From Vicugna vicugna (Eukaryota): a DNA stretch of 64,000 nucleotides. Under the pieces are notes generated by a model. That model made no database searches, was not told the DNA's origin, and was given only the letters and a program-made list of their open reading frames with translations. This document shows, piece by piece, positions 39,500 to 53,111 of this stretch. The stretch is from assembly GCA_013265495.1 (NCBI GenBank), contig MU058000.1:124001-188000 (forward strand), given 5' to 3'. The translations under genes and the position numbers were made by a program. Numbering within the stretch: position 1 is the stretch's first letter; each line of letters opens with the position of its first letter.

Positions 39500-39650
39500 C
39501 TTCTGGAAGACAGTTTTATGATTTTCTATTACAGATGAGAAAACAGGCACAGCAAAGTTAATTGAGTTACTCAAGGTTACCCAGTGAATCATAAGCAGGG
39601 CCAGGACTTAAAACTCAAAGTTGTCAATCTCCAGTACTTAGTGCTACCAT
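39500..39650 (-). mobile_element. MIR remnant
   Basis: ttacagatgagaaaacaggcacagcaaagttaattgagttactcaaggttaccca. Confidence 0.7.
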
Positions 39651-41441
39651 TTTTGGGGGCAAACTGTTTTGTCTTTTTCTCCCCAAAGTTCTATCTTATG
39701 ACTGTAGGACTTCAACTTCTATACTTTAACAGTCTGCTCAAAACTATTACCTGTAATATTTATAGTTCAACGTGGAAACTCAGGAATGTTGGCACTTTTT
39801 GATGGATTTTCCTCTAGTCTTTAAAATGAAAGACTTTCTGTGATATGTCTCTGCACTCTTGCACTCTGAGAGGTATAAGTTCCTTCTATGTTCTTAAGAG
39901 GCTGCTAGTATTGCCAACATTGAACTCTACTGTTGCCGGACATCATACGGGATACTACACGTATAAACGTCCACACTTAGTTGGCTGGTGCGTTCTATCG
40001 TACTCAATGGACATTTTGATGGAAAATGCTACCAGTACTTAATAAATATTTGAGAAGCAACATAGGCTATCAAATTTAACAGGCTTGCTGTTTCCAACAT
40101 TCATATTGTGAGAGAAATAAACTCAAAAAGATTTACACTGCCATTTAAAAAGGCCAGATATGTACTAAGTACCCAATAAATATGCTTATATGTGGTATTC
40201 TGGGGCAAATGGCAAACATAATGCATAACCAAAATGCATCAAAAAGCCTCTATCACCTTCTCAGTATACACAATTAGTGGACATCACTTTGCTTTTTATA
40301 GCAACACACATTGCTGATATTAATTTTTCAGAGAGAGACAGGGCAAGCAACACTTGAGATTTTTCCTAGCCCCAGGCTGGACCACCCAGGCTCTTTCTTT
40401 GTATAGCTGAATATAGCACAAGATGTTGAAAGGATTTAATCTATACAAACTGTGGCTAACATATGCCACTTTTATTAGGTATATCGAACTACACTCTTCT
40501 TTATCATTTTTAGATCATTTATACAATTTTCTCTTAACAGATACACCATCAAATAGAAGAATCCCCAGTTACAGAACATTTCCCTTGCTCTTTGGACCTT
40601 GCTTAACCCATTCTTCATTCACCAGGAGCAAACATCTTCACTCGTGAAGCACTCAAGCCAGCTCATTATATCACTCTCCAGCCCCGCCTTGCAGCTCCAG
40701 GCCCAGGAAGAACTCTAAACTTCCAAAGTATTTACTGTTCTTAATCCCCAACGTGACGTTAAGTGAATTGGTTCTGTCATGTGAGTATAACTGATTATGT
40801 CTCCTCTAATAAAGACAGACACTCGAGTTACCCGTTTGTAAGTTAACCCAATGTAAAAAAGGAAGAGAGAGCTTCTGCGAGATGCCAAGTTAACAGCAGT
40901 TGCACATACCATGGAAATGTCAATTAAAGTTCTAGTGCAATCTTTCAAACACAATTTTCCAGTCCAAGAAATGTATATAAATCCATAGTGAATTGAGAGG
41001 CATACAAAGCAAATGTTAAGCTCCATGTATGTGTTAATATTCTTGGCTGGTCACTGGTAGATGACATTGATGGAGTCAGAATACAGAATACTTTTGACTT
41101 TCACTTGAGAATGTAGATTCTATTAATTCATCCTCATTCATCAGCGCTGTTTTGAGGGGAAAGGACTTTGCAAAGATGTTGCTTTCATTTTCTAATGCTG
41201 TAGTTCCTATTAAACTAGACCAAGGAATAAAGGTTCCTTTCAGGAGTAGCAGAGACTGAGCTGGCTTCCTGCTTTCAGAGATCATGAATGTCCTCAAAGA
41301 CTGCTAAAAGGACACAAAGTGCAACTTGGGTTTTGAAGATTTTTTTTTTTTTAACTCCACTTGCCATAGGGGTCTGAGTGTGACAAAAATAAAGGCTAAG
41401 AGAGTAAGAACAAAGGTATAAACCAAAGATAGAGAATTTAC

Positions 41442-41491
41442 CTGCAGAGATTCCATTTCTTCATCTTTTCTGTGAGTCTCCTCCAGCAGAT
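41442..41491 (-). CDS. CEP128: CEP128 internal coding exon, 50 nt, phase 1 to phase 0: (x)LLEETHRKDEEMESLQ
   Basis: Minus strand reads ttttttactttcttattatag|AT CTG CTG GAG GAG ACT CAC AGA AAA GAT GAA GAA ATG GAA TCT CTG CAG|gtaaat. Polypyrimidine tract, AG/GT sites, open frame, coiled-coil composition; peptide recalled from CEP128. Confidence 0.9.
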
Positions 41492-42845
41492 CTATAATAA
41501 GAAAGTAAAAAACCCATCAAAATACAATGTAAAAATGCATAGCCTCTTATTATCAAACTCAATTCAGTCAGTAGCTTGCATAAAGTGTTGCCTGGAAAGA
41601 GAATTTGATGTTTAAGTGTGAGAAGCAGCATGAAAGAGATGCCCTCTGGTCCCGACCGATGGGATGTGGCAGAGACCTGGACTCTGCCAAAGCTAAGCTA
41701 ACTGAGAAGCCCTGGGAGGCCCTAGGTCTGGGGGAGACACCAGAAAATGAGACCAAGTCAATTACAAATCCAAAATCAAACCAATGTTTCTGGAATTGGG
41801 TTAAGTGCTTATATAACTCAAAAGCAACACAAAATTTTCTTTGGGAAAAAAAAAAGGTTTTCTTTTGAAAGAAGAAAATAGAAACAAACGAAACAAACCA
41901 TTTGCTCTTAAAATAAGCTCCCAAGCCAAGTTCCACCCCCAGAGTCAATTTCTATAACCAAATTAAAGCATCCTGGAGTGTAATGGGTGTTATTAATGGA
42001 AGGAGAACACCACCTCAACTGTAAAGTCATATTAATTATCATTTCACACTAAGAGGGTGGGAAGCATTGAAGTTACATCTGACCAACAGTCTGGCACCAT
42101 CTCAGAGAAGTTAGTGGCTGGAAGGTAAGGTAGTCAACTGAAGAGAGTTCTGCCTAAATGCACGCATATAGCCATGGTGTCTCGTGTCCTACATTAATTT
42201 ATGAACTTGCTGTAGAGGAAAATGTATTTGGCAAGCAGAGTTTTCTGCCTGAAGCTATACCACCCTGTGCTGTGATCTTATTAGATCTCACAAACCTAAA
42301 GAGGGCTGGGCTGAGTTAGAACTTGGCTGAAAACTAGCAAGAAATACCTACAGCAGTGCACAATAATATTAGCATTTGTCTCATTCTGTGATTGATACAG
42401 CGTACCAAGAGGCTGTGCTGCATAAAAGGCTAATACAACAAACAGAAATTCAATATGCACCCCAGAAAGGCAAATGCAGATGTTTTTAGCAAGTGCTTCC
42501 AGATGAAGCAGGAAGCAGTCATATAGTGGGTAACCAGGCACACTGGTCTATGTCATAACTGGACAGGCAATACCCTGAAACTTCAGGAGACCTGGTAGAT
42601 GACATAATGGATGGCAATGGCCCTTTGAGACTGCATAGCTAAGAGAAATGCAGAGGAGTGGCAAGCAATTTCAAGACACAATGTACTGGATTAAGGGTAA
42701 GAGTTAGTTTTTGCTCTGTATCTGTGCATGGCTGATGTTGTCTCCCCAAACACTCATAATCAGAGTTTTATCAAGAAAGTTATAGGACAATGCCAATGTA
42801 TTAGGGCATATTTTTAAAGGGGTTTTGGTTGGCACCAAAACCGAC

Positions 42846-43361
42846 TTGGGGGTGGTAGATTAAGTGCCCTCAATCATTCCTCATTTGCACTGTGACATTG
42901 TAGCCATCAAGAGGTCCCACACATCTGGCATCTAGGCTTGCCTCCTGACTTGATTCGGTAAACAGAATAGAGCAGAAGCAACTCTGTGCCAATCCACACT
43001 AGGATTCAAGAGGCCTCATGCATTTTCACTTTTCCACATGGAACTCTGTCACTCCCATATGAAGCCCAGGCCAGCCTGCCACCGGACAAGAGACACGTGT
43101 TCCAGGGTCTTTCCACCCCTGAAACTCTGCAGGTTGCCCCAAACAGTAGGCAGCAAATGCCCAGAAGCAGAGCTGCTCAGCTGACCTAAAGATGACCACA
43201 AATAACTCAGGCGGGAGCCCAATTCAGACCAGACAAACTGCAGAGCTGAGTCCAGTACCAATTCCAACTCACAGAGTCATAATCTATAGAATAAATGGAA
43301 TTGGGGGATGTTTTGGTACCCAGAACTTTCTAACTGACAGCAACCAGTTGCTAACTGAACA
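42846..43361 (+). mobile_element. MaLR solo LTR (MLT1F-like)
   Basis: tgtagccatcaagaggt, cagaatagagcagaag, ggattcaagaggcct, gctgagtccag...tcacagagtcat; ends gctaactgaaca. Confidence 0.65.
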
Positions 43362-43820
43362 ACAAGCATTTAGAATTCATTAGACGGACGTAAAAGTAAC
43401 TAATCTATACAACAGACCTAACAGACCTAATAATAATAGATAATAGAAAAGAAGATGTAGACTCTGGAGAGAACAACAACTGGTCTGGGTGGGGAGGGAT
43501 GTAGGTAGCATGAACTGATTGACATTTTATCCTGGGTGACGCTTTGTGGTACTCCACTCAAGATGAAATTCAATAAAGAAAAGAGCTAACGAGACTAGCT
43601 TAGATCTTGCACCTACAGGTTGGCCGGGGAAAGTATGAAGCACTTTGATGATCTCAAAGGGGTTAGATGAAGAACAGGAAGGACTGTTTCCAAATATCAG
43701 AGTACTATTAAGAAAAGAAGGACATATGGATATCAGATGTGCCAAAGCAACAGATGCCCACGCCAACTGGTTTCAGGAATTGTGTCTTCAGCAAAATTCT
43801 CTTCAATATTTGTGAGATAT

Positions 43821-45100
43821 AAGTTGCTTCAATATCTTGGCTATTGTAAATAATGTTGTAATAAACATGGGGTGCATATATCTTTCTGAATTAGTGTTTT
43901 TATTTGCTTCAAATAAATACCCATAAGTGGAATTTTTGACTCATATGGTAATTCTATTTTTAATTTTTTGAGGAACCTTCAAACTGTTTTCCATAATGGC
44001 TGCACCAATTTACATTCCCACCAACAGTACACTAGGGTTCCCTTTTCTCCATGTCCTTGCCAACATTTGTTTTTTGTTGTCTTCTTGATGATCATTATTC
44101 TAACAGGTGTTTGGTTTTGATTTGTATTTCCTTGATGATTAGTGATGTTGAGCATCTTTTTATGTGTATGTTGACCATCTGCGTGTCTTCCTTGGAAAAA
44201 TGTCTATTCAGGTCCTCTGCCCATTTTTAAAATCAGATTTTTTAAAATATTGAGTTGTTCAAGCTCTTTACATAATTTGGATGTTAACTCCTTAGCAGAT
44301 ATATCATTTGCAAGTATCTTCTCCCACACAATAGGTTGGCCTTTTTGTTTTGCTCATGGTTTCCTTTACTGTGCAAAACCTTTTAGTTTGCTGTAGTCCT
44401 ATTTGTTTATTTTTGCTTTTGTTGCTCTTCCCTAAGGAGACAGAGCCAAAAAATATTGCTAAGCCTGATGTCAAAGAGAATACTGTGTATATTTTCTTCT
44501 AGGAGTCTTATGGTTTTAGGTCTTAGAAAGTCATTAATCCATTTTGAGTTTATTTTTGTATATGGCATAAGAAAGTAAGTGTCCATGAATGAATAAAGAA
44601 GATGTGGTACATATACACAATGAAATATTACTCAGATATAAAAAAGAATGAAAAATTACCATTTGCGATAACATGGACAGAACTAGAGGGTATCATGCTA
44701 AGTGATTTCAGAGAAAGAAAGACAAACACTATATGATTTTTCTTATATGTAGAATCTTAAAAAAAAATCCAAACAAAATAGAACAGAAACAGACTGATAC
44801 AGAGAACAAGCTGGTAGTCACCCTAGGAGTGGGCAGAGTTAGGTGAAATACATTAAGGGGACTGAGATACAAACTTCCAGTTATAAAATAAATAAGTCAC
44901 AGGATATAATGTATGGCATAGTGAATACTATCAATAATACTGCAATAGCTTTGTACGATGACAGATGGCTACTAGACTTATTGTAGTGATAAATTTGTAA
45001 TGCACGTAAATGTCAAATCACTATGTTGTACACCTGAAACTAATACAATATTGCATGTCAACTATACTTCAACTAAAATTTTTTCAAATGAAAAAATAAG
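43821..45100 (+). mobile_element. 5'-truncated, 5'-inverted (twin-primed) L1 insertion, Laurasiatheria-type 3' UTR
   Basis: 43821-44576 is antisense L1 ORF2 C-terminal sequence; 44577-45100 is the sense ORF2 end, 3' UTR and A-rich tail; perfect 14-bp TSD tatttgtgagatat (43807-43820 and 45101-45114). Confidence 0.92.
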
Positions 45101-45559
45101 TATTTGTGAGATATTTGTGTCTCTATGTGAACATGGCCATTCTGCTCCACTCCTTCTGGACATTAGGAGATTCTCAGAGCTGGGGCCCTTGTCATGAATT
45201 ACATTGTTTAATGGTACAGTGAAACAGGAATGGTGGAGAGTGGGGTCTATCAACCATTAAAGAAAACTGATTTTGTTCCTCCAGAATCAACTTGGTATGG
45301 CAAACACCAAATGCCTTAGCTGAAACTTACTGGATAAATAATGGGTATTGGATCTCTTATATAGCCAAACTCAAATCACATTTCATAAATATAGATGTAA
45401 AGAAGTTCAATAAGAGCTGATACCAGTGGCAATGCTTAATTCTGAATGACTGAACAACACTATCACGGAACTCCTGTAATTGATATTTAAAATACAGAAC
45501 TCCCCTTCTGATCACCACTACTGGCTCTTATCCCAGCTTATATCAAGGGTCTAAGTGGA

Positions 45560-45990
45560 TATCTGTTTTTTGTCTCTATGCCACATCCCTTCCCTTTTAG
45601 AACTTCATGTTGTTCTCCATATGATTCCTGTGAAACTTTCAGTCAAGGGGACAACCTCTCCTGCCACAAAAGCAGATCCTGACCCAAGCTGGCCAGTCAG
45701 TGCACTGTACCTCCCCGAGCATACAAGCTAAGCAATATGGGTACTGGGAGAAAATCTCTTCCGCAGCTGCAAGCTTCTGTTCGCCTGGCAATGCGAAGGC
45801 TCTATTTTCTACTAAGTCAAAGGAACTTGTTCCACAGTGAAGCTGATAAAGAAGAGAGCAAAGCCAAGAAACAGAGAGTTGGTTGAGGACAAGATCCAAC
45901 CCTTATCTGAAGCCCACATTAACTCTGAGCTTCTAGCACTTCATTTTTCTTTAGTAGTTTTAGTTGGCTGGCTGTCATTTGTAAAAGTCT
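45560..45990 (+). mobile_element. Old MaLR LTR remnant (MLT1K/L-like)
   Basis: tgacccaagctggccagtcag, gaagagagcaaagccaagaaacagagag, tctgaagcccac, gtttagttggctggctgtcatttgtaa. Confidence 0.55.
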
Positions 45991-47895
45991 CTGGGAATGT
46001 GATTTGTCCAGTCCTCTTATCTCTATGCAGAAACGTGCAGAACTTATGAGTTAGCAAGTACTTTCTATTCCACAGTGAAATGTTTCATTCTGCAGTGAAC
46101 AGATGAAGACATGAGGCTCAGAGAAGGCAAATGGTTTGCCTGCGATGACCTGGTTAGTGCGAGTGCCTCAGCCAGAGCTTTGCTCTCCGGTCTTCCTACC
46201 CTATCCAGCGCATCGAGCTCTCCTTGGTATCACTCAGTACTTGATTGTACCCATCTTTAAACGATGTTCATTTTTCAAATGCACACATCTGTATTCCTCT
46301 CACTTAACCCTAGGCGTTCACTGACGATGGGCTTTGTGTCATTATATCCGTTGTCTCCCTAACCACTGCTTATCTACCTTTGCGACTTTACGTAGACTTT
46401 GTTCCCCCAAATCCCCTTCTCTGCCTACATCACTGCTGTATGCAATGGCTCACTTGTTAGATGCACTGTTCAACTACTTGAGTTTGGAATGATAAACAGG
46501 GTTATTAACCTGTGCTGATGAAACACGGCTACCAGGCATCACTGAGATGTGACTACTTTACCACAAACAGACACAGGATGAGAGAATACAGGTGAGACCT
46601 CCAGACAGTTGATGTGACATAATGCTCTGAGTGTGATGAGTGCACCTGGCTATAATGAGCCATCCTGCTGTTTGCTCCTCCCAGCTGAGAACAAACGATC
46701 ACCATGGAAAAAGCTGAAGGGCTGCTCTGCTCCCTTGCTCACCACTGGCATGTTTGTGTTTTGCTTTATTATTCTCTGGTTTGCTGTTCAATACAAACAG
46801 CAATTCAACTGCCATGCAAATTGCTGTGGCCAAATGTGCTTCCATCAACATTAGTTAATGAAAGATTTTTTTGGTGAAAAGGGCAGCCATCCTGTGTATT
46901 TTCCTTGGACTGGTTCTAGCTCTTTAAATGAGCTGATACTAACTCTTTATGACATACAGTTATGGGGCAGGGGAGATCTCATTTAAAAAAGCAGGACAGC
47001 CTGGATGAGAACTGGAGAATCCTGCTGTTTTGTTTTTTTTCCACACTGAATTTCTCTGGCACACTCAGGGTAATATATCACGACTATGTTTCTTTGCTAA
47101 GACAGTCTTGTACCACTTCCTTTGCAGTCTTTGCAACTAGTGGTCTGGCTGTTTAAGGAGGTTTGACACTTTCTTATGTTGATTCTGGTTCCTGGTAGTC
47201 AAGGAAGCAGGTAAGTTGTTCGTTTATTTGTTTTTGAAAGGAAAATCATGTTCAGGTGTATGTAAGCAGCACACCCATCTAGCAACTTGACACTTCACAG
47301 GAAGGGTGGGAGGTCAAGTTTAGAAATGAGCAGTTTTTTTTTTTTAATTTTTACTATCAAATGTCTCATCCATATTATAACGCATCCCAGCTGGCAATGG
47401 AGAGACGGTTACAGAAACAAGGGCTTCAGATCCAGCAACATGTACAACAGCAGCACTGGACACAGTAGCACTGACAGAAGAATATGGTGGATGAGTGACT
47501 GCGGTTTAGAGAAAAGCATTTAGTTTCTGGCTCCTGTACCTCACTTAGTAATTCTGTGCTCCTTTTCAGGGTTACTGTATGTGTCCTGATATTTATCTAA
47601 AATAATAGATAATGTAAATTCTCAAAAGAATTCAACACTTTTTAAAAAGTAAACTTGTGCCATTCCTCTTTGTGGGTGGCAGTTGTGGTATAATGAAATT
47701 AAATAAAATGGCATACCTCACCCCTTAAAAGGTCATAAATGATGGACTTAGTCTCCTACCATTGTATACTAGATACTCAAAACACCAGCTACGTGCTGAA
47801 GACAATGGTCAATTTCTCTTTTTTTTCCTAGCTCTCTAGTTATTTAAATTACTCACATTTTAGGGATAGTAGGGACCACTGAAATAATCTAATCC

Positions 47896-48137
47896 CAAGG
47901 ATTTTACTTTTTTTTGTTTTAAGAAGTAGAATTCTGTCCTATGAATGAAATTACATACACTTTCAAGTGTATGTTATAAGTAAGTAATCTAAACAGTTGA
48001 AAGGAAGTTGCTTTGGTGGAAGCAGCGTGGAGGGCCTGGATGCCAGCCCCCTGGACTTCCCTCCTATCCTGGGGCCAACCCCTGTGATGCCGTGGTGGAG
48101 CTACAGAGCTCCGAGTCCTGCTGACTGGAAATCACTG
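47896..48137. mobile_element. MER102-like hAT-Charlie element interrupting a minus-strand MIR (~47860-48290)
   Basis: ttgctttggtggaagcagcgtggagggcctgg...ggaaatcactg; flanks atctaatc/agttaatc resemble a decayed 8-bp TSD; MIR sequence resumes at tatagatgaggactgagg. Confidence 0.55.
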
Positions 48138-51100
48138 AGTTAATCCCCTCTCCTCACATGTTATAGATGAGGACTGAGGTCTGGGAGATTCAGTGCCTCT
48201 GTCAATGTCGCCTCTAGTGGATGGGAGTACGTGAACCTGAGCCCAGGGCTTTGGAACCAGACCAGGTCCCAGTACCTGCTTTCACAAAACATTGGCCATC
48301 CTCCTTTGCCTTTCGGGATTTCTACTCAAATGACATAGTATTCCAAGTTCTATCATAAATGCCTATACATTTTCCAATTCTTCCCCAAATTTAGAGGGAG
48401 CTTTGCTGAAGCACTTACGTAACAGCATCAGTCTGTGAGAAGACCTAGTTAATGGCAGCCCACAATCAAATTCCTCAGCTCTGGGAGATGGTACCAAAAG
48501 ACGTGGCTCTGATGGAAAGCAAACACCTAGACACTTGAAAAGGCAGTTTGTTTTTGGCAAGGTATGTTCAACATACAACATACAGAGTATTTCACAAAAT
48601 AAATCAACAACAACAATAATCTGTTTAAATGAATGGGTGACAGTTGAACAGTTCCTCAGCTTAATGTAACAGTTCTCAGTAAATGTTTTCCCCATTTTAT
48701 TACACTAGTAAAGGTAAACAGGATAAATGAACAACAATATGAGTCTACATTAGCCAAAATAGCTCGAAGAAAATAAAATGGGTTGGTTTTAAATTGATCT
48801 ATGTAAAACTCTTAAAATAGTGTCTAGTACACTGTAAGAGACGTGTGTATGTATATGTGTGTGTATATGGGTTTTATTATATTTTTTTAAAAATCACCCC
48901 ACAGTATGCCTGCTAAAATCAGGAAAATGTGTGAAAAATAATCACCTACATTTTAAAACAGATAAGCAGAAAAAGCCCTGAAGCATTCTGTTTTTGGATT
49001 CCATCCATAATTGGTAGCTACATTATTTAGAACTCTGCCATATCTACTGCCACCCACTGGTACATATCTGGATATACCACAGAGAGTTAAGAGTTTTCTC
49101 TTCAGGCCTGACCACAGAAAACACACAGGTTAAAACGAAAAAAAAAATTCAAAAAGTATGGCTATCCTCTGTGGTTAGTCTCAGACGCTGAAACAACATG
49201 CTGGTCTCCAGATGGAGCCCAAATGGTCCAATAAATGAAAGGTTTATAGTCCACTGTCTGTCTTGGGTATGTGGTAAAACATCCAAATACAGGTACTCAT
49301 GTTTTATTTGATGTCAATTCATTTCTGGTGAAATTTTCCATCTTGACAACTTAAGAGATCTAAATCCTCTTCTCCATAAAACTGCTACACTACAGAAAAC
49401 AACACAGTAATCTACCCGATTCCACCTCATTCTTGACTCTGGCATGAAGAAACACCAAGATATAGAATGAAAGTTCTGACTCTGTCAACTACTGAGATTG
49501 TTGACATTTCTGTTAGCAACAAGAGCAGAAAAAGAAACAAATTACCTATCTTAAATGGGTGGAAGGGCTGTCTTGGTCAAAAGGACTACATATGGCAATC
49601 AGAAAAATGAGTAAAAGAAGTTTATGATCTATTATAAACACCACTCCAAGAGTTAAGTTTCATATGCTCAAATCCAGGCATAAAATCACGTTCCTTTCTA
49701 CATATAATGTCTCTAAATTGCATTCACCTTATGAAAAGTTTGACTTTCATTTAAATTCCTTTATCTCAGACTTTGTTCAGTTTCTAGACTCATAAGGGGA
49801 GCCTATGGAAGACTCTGGGCATTTAATGTTGTGTCCTTTGATCATCTGTTTACAGAAACGACAAAAGTTTGTGCTGGTTTCTTGATGTATCTACTACTAA
49901 ACTGTTTCTAGGCTTCCTAGGCTTTCCAGACTCCTGGGTCTACCCTAGATCTAGTCTAAATACAGAGCTCTGAAAACCAAACACAAAGAATAAATCTTGC
50001 AAGCTGTGAGAGAGAAATGATACCACAGTTATAGGGGGAAAGCAATTAGAATGCTAGCGAGTTTCTCATTAGAAACCAAACTAATGAGAAACGAGTTCTC
50101 ATTAGAACTGTAAATGCTGAAAGAAAAACAACTGACAACTCAGAGTCCTGTATGCAGCGAAAATATCCTTCAGGAAAGAAGGTGAAGTCAAGACATTCTC
50201 AAGAAGAAAAATTAAGAAAATTCATTGTCAGCAGACCTACACTTTTAAAAACAAAACAAAACAAAACAAAACAAACCTAAAGAAAGGTCTCTAGAAAGAG
50301 AAGAAATGGTAAAAAGAATTGTAAAAGATCAGGAAGAAAGAGAACAGTAATCAAATATGTGGATAAATCCAATAGATTTCCCTTCTATTGAGTTTTTACA
50401 ATTATGTTTGATAGTTGATGCAAAAAATTTAACATGATCTGATGTGGTTCTAAATGTATACAGAGGATATATTTAGGACAATTAAATTATAAATAGGAAG
50501 GATAAAAGAACATGAGGGAAGAAAGTTTTCCACACTTAAAACTGGTAAAATGACAATAACAAAAGACTGCGATAGCTATGTATATACAGCGTAATGCTTA
50601 GAGCACTCACTAAAAACAGCTATACAAAGGGATGCATTCAAAAACAGAATTGATACATCAAAATGGAATTCTAAGAACGCTCTAATAACCCATTGGAAGA
50701 CAGAAAGAAAGCAGAGAAATAAAAAACACAGAAAGGAAACAAAAATGGCAGACTTAAGTCCTAACATCGGTAATTACACTACATAAAAATGGTCTAAATA
50801 CACCAATTAAAAGACAGAAATTGACAGACTGGATTAATGACCACTCTTCTACTATTGATCCATGGACCCAATTATATTCTGCCTGTAAGAAACTCACTTC
50901 AAATATACTGATGCAGGCAGGATGAAAGCAAAAAATGGAAAAAGATGCACCATGCAAACATTAATTTAAAAAAGCAAGAATGATTACATTAATGTAAGAC
51001 AAAGTAGATTTCAGAGCAAAGAAAATTACCAGAAACAGAAAGGAATATTATATAATGATTAAAAAGGTCTAATCTACAAACTGATATTACTGAAAGGAAC

Positions 51101-52673
51101 AATAAAAATATTCAAAATCAGAATTGGAGACTTCAACATTCCTCTTTCAACAGCTGGTAGTATAACTAAGAAAATGATCCAGAGTGTATATAAGCAAGTA
51201 TCACGGATATACATAAGCATAAACATAGAAGGGAAACCTCTAAACACTTGGAAATCACACACTTATAAACAATACATGGATCAAAGAGAATGTCTCAAGG
51301 GAGATAAAAAATATTATGAACTATGCAAAGAAGGAAATCTGTAGAACTAATACATGCATTAGAAAAAAGGTCTTGAATAAATACTCTATGCTCCCACCTC
51401 AAGAACTTAAAAAAAGAGCACAATAAATCCCAAGCAGTAAAAGGAAGAAAACAAAGAATAGAAATCAATGAAGCTGAGAATCGGAAAACAATAGGGAAAA
51501 ATCAATGAAACAAGGAGGTGGCTTCTTACATAGTCAAATAAAATCAACAAACTAGTCTTGTAAACAACAAAAATAGCCTTATAACTATTAAGGAAATTAT
51601 ATTTGTAACATTAAAATCTCCAGGCCAGACGGTTTCACTGGTGAATTCTACCTAAGGTTTAAAGAAGAATTAGCACCAATTTTACATGCCAGAAAACAGG
51701 AAAAAAGGAATATTTCCCAATGTATTGTATACAGTTAAAAAAATAGAAGGAAAATTGCAGCTCCCTCCAAAGTACAGAGGCAAATATCCCTAACAAAATA
51801 TTAGCAAATAATATTTAGCAATATATAAAAAGAATTACATATTGTAATCAAGTTCAATTTATTCTAGGGATTCAGGGTTGGTTCAACATTCAAAATTAAT
51901 TAATATTATCAATTATTTTAATAGGCTGAAGAGAAAAAAACTCACATGATCATGTCACCTGATGCACAAAAATTACTTGGCAGAATTCATACATTCATAT
52001 AAAAAAACCTCAGAAAAAAGAAATAGAACTTCCTCTGTTTGATAAAGAGTATCTATTAAAAAAACATAAAACAAACACTATACTTAATGGTGAAAGATGA
52101 AATGTCTTCCCCTTAAGACCAGAAATAAGGCAAGAATGCTCTCTCAGAATTCTTATTCATCATGATATTGGAATATCTCTTTGATGCAATAAAGCTAGAA
52201 AAGGAAATAAAATGCATACATAATGGCAACAAAGAGATAAAAACGTCACTATTTGCAGATGACATGATTGTCTCCAAAGAAAATCCCAAAGAATGTAACA
52301 ACACAAAAAAACCCAAACATACAAAATTAGCTCCTGAAATCAGTAAGTGGGCTCAGAAACATCATAGGCTACAGGATAAACACAGAAAAACTGATTATAT
52401 TTTAATATATTAGGAATGAACATGCGAAGACCAAAATTTTAAATGAAAATACCAATTTAAAAGACGCTCCCTCCCACCCCTACATGAAATACTTGAGTGT
52501 AAATTTAATGAAACATATCAAGGACTGAGAAACACCATGGTCATGGACTGCAAGACTCATGTCATAAAGACATCCATTCTCTCCAAACTGATATAAAAGT
52601 TCATTACGATTTCTGTAAAAATATCAGCAATATTTTTTGTAGCTAAAGACAAGATTACTCAAACTTGTATGGA

Positions 52674-52848
52674 GTGGGGAGGTACAGCTCAAGTGCTAGA
52701 GCTCATGCTTAGCTTGTGTGAGGTCCTGGGTTCAATCCCCAGTACTTTCTCTAAAATAAATAAATAAGTATGCAAATTAAAAATTTAAATAAATAAACCT
52801 AATTACTCCCTTCAACCAAAAAAAAAAAAGAAAGAAACTTAAAAAATT
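52674..52848 (+). mobile_element. Camelid tRNA-derived SINE inserted in the L1
   Basis: GGGGAGGTACAGCTCAAGTGCTAGAGCTCATGCTTAGC...GGTCCTGGGTTCAATCCCCAGTAC plus tail; TSD core ttgtatgga (52665-52673 and 52849-52857). Confidence 0.9.
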
Positions 52849-53111
52849 TTGTATGGAAAGGTGAAGGAACTAGAGTAGCTAAAATAATTGAGTAAATTGG
52901 GGGAAGTCTGTTTATTCAATTTCTAGACTTGTTATAGAAGTAAAATAATTAAGACTGTGTGGTCTTGGTGGAGGCATATACACACAGATCAATCAAACAG
53001 ATAGAGAGAATCCAATTACAGAAATGGAGAAAAGATTAGCGGCAGCCAGAAGTTAAGGATGAAGTGGGGAGTAGAAGGGAAGTGAATGAAGCTATAAAAG
53101 GTAACATGAGG

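Noticed and set aside
52162..52413. ORF with reverse-transcriptase motif (SLFADDMIV)
   Set aside because: Fragment of a dead L1 ORF2 with frameshifts and stops on both sides; not a novel RT system.
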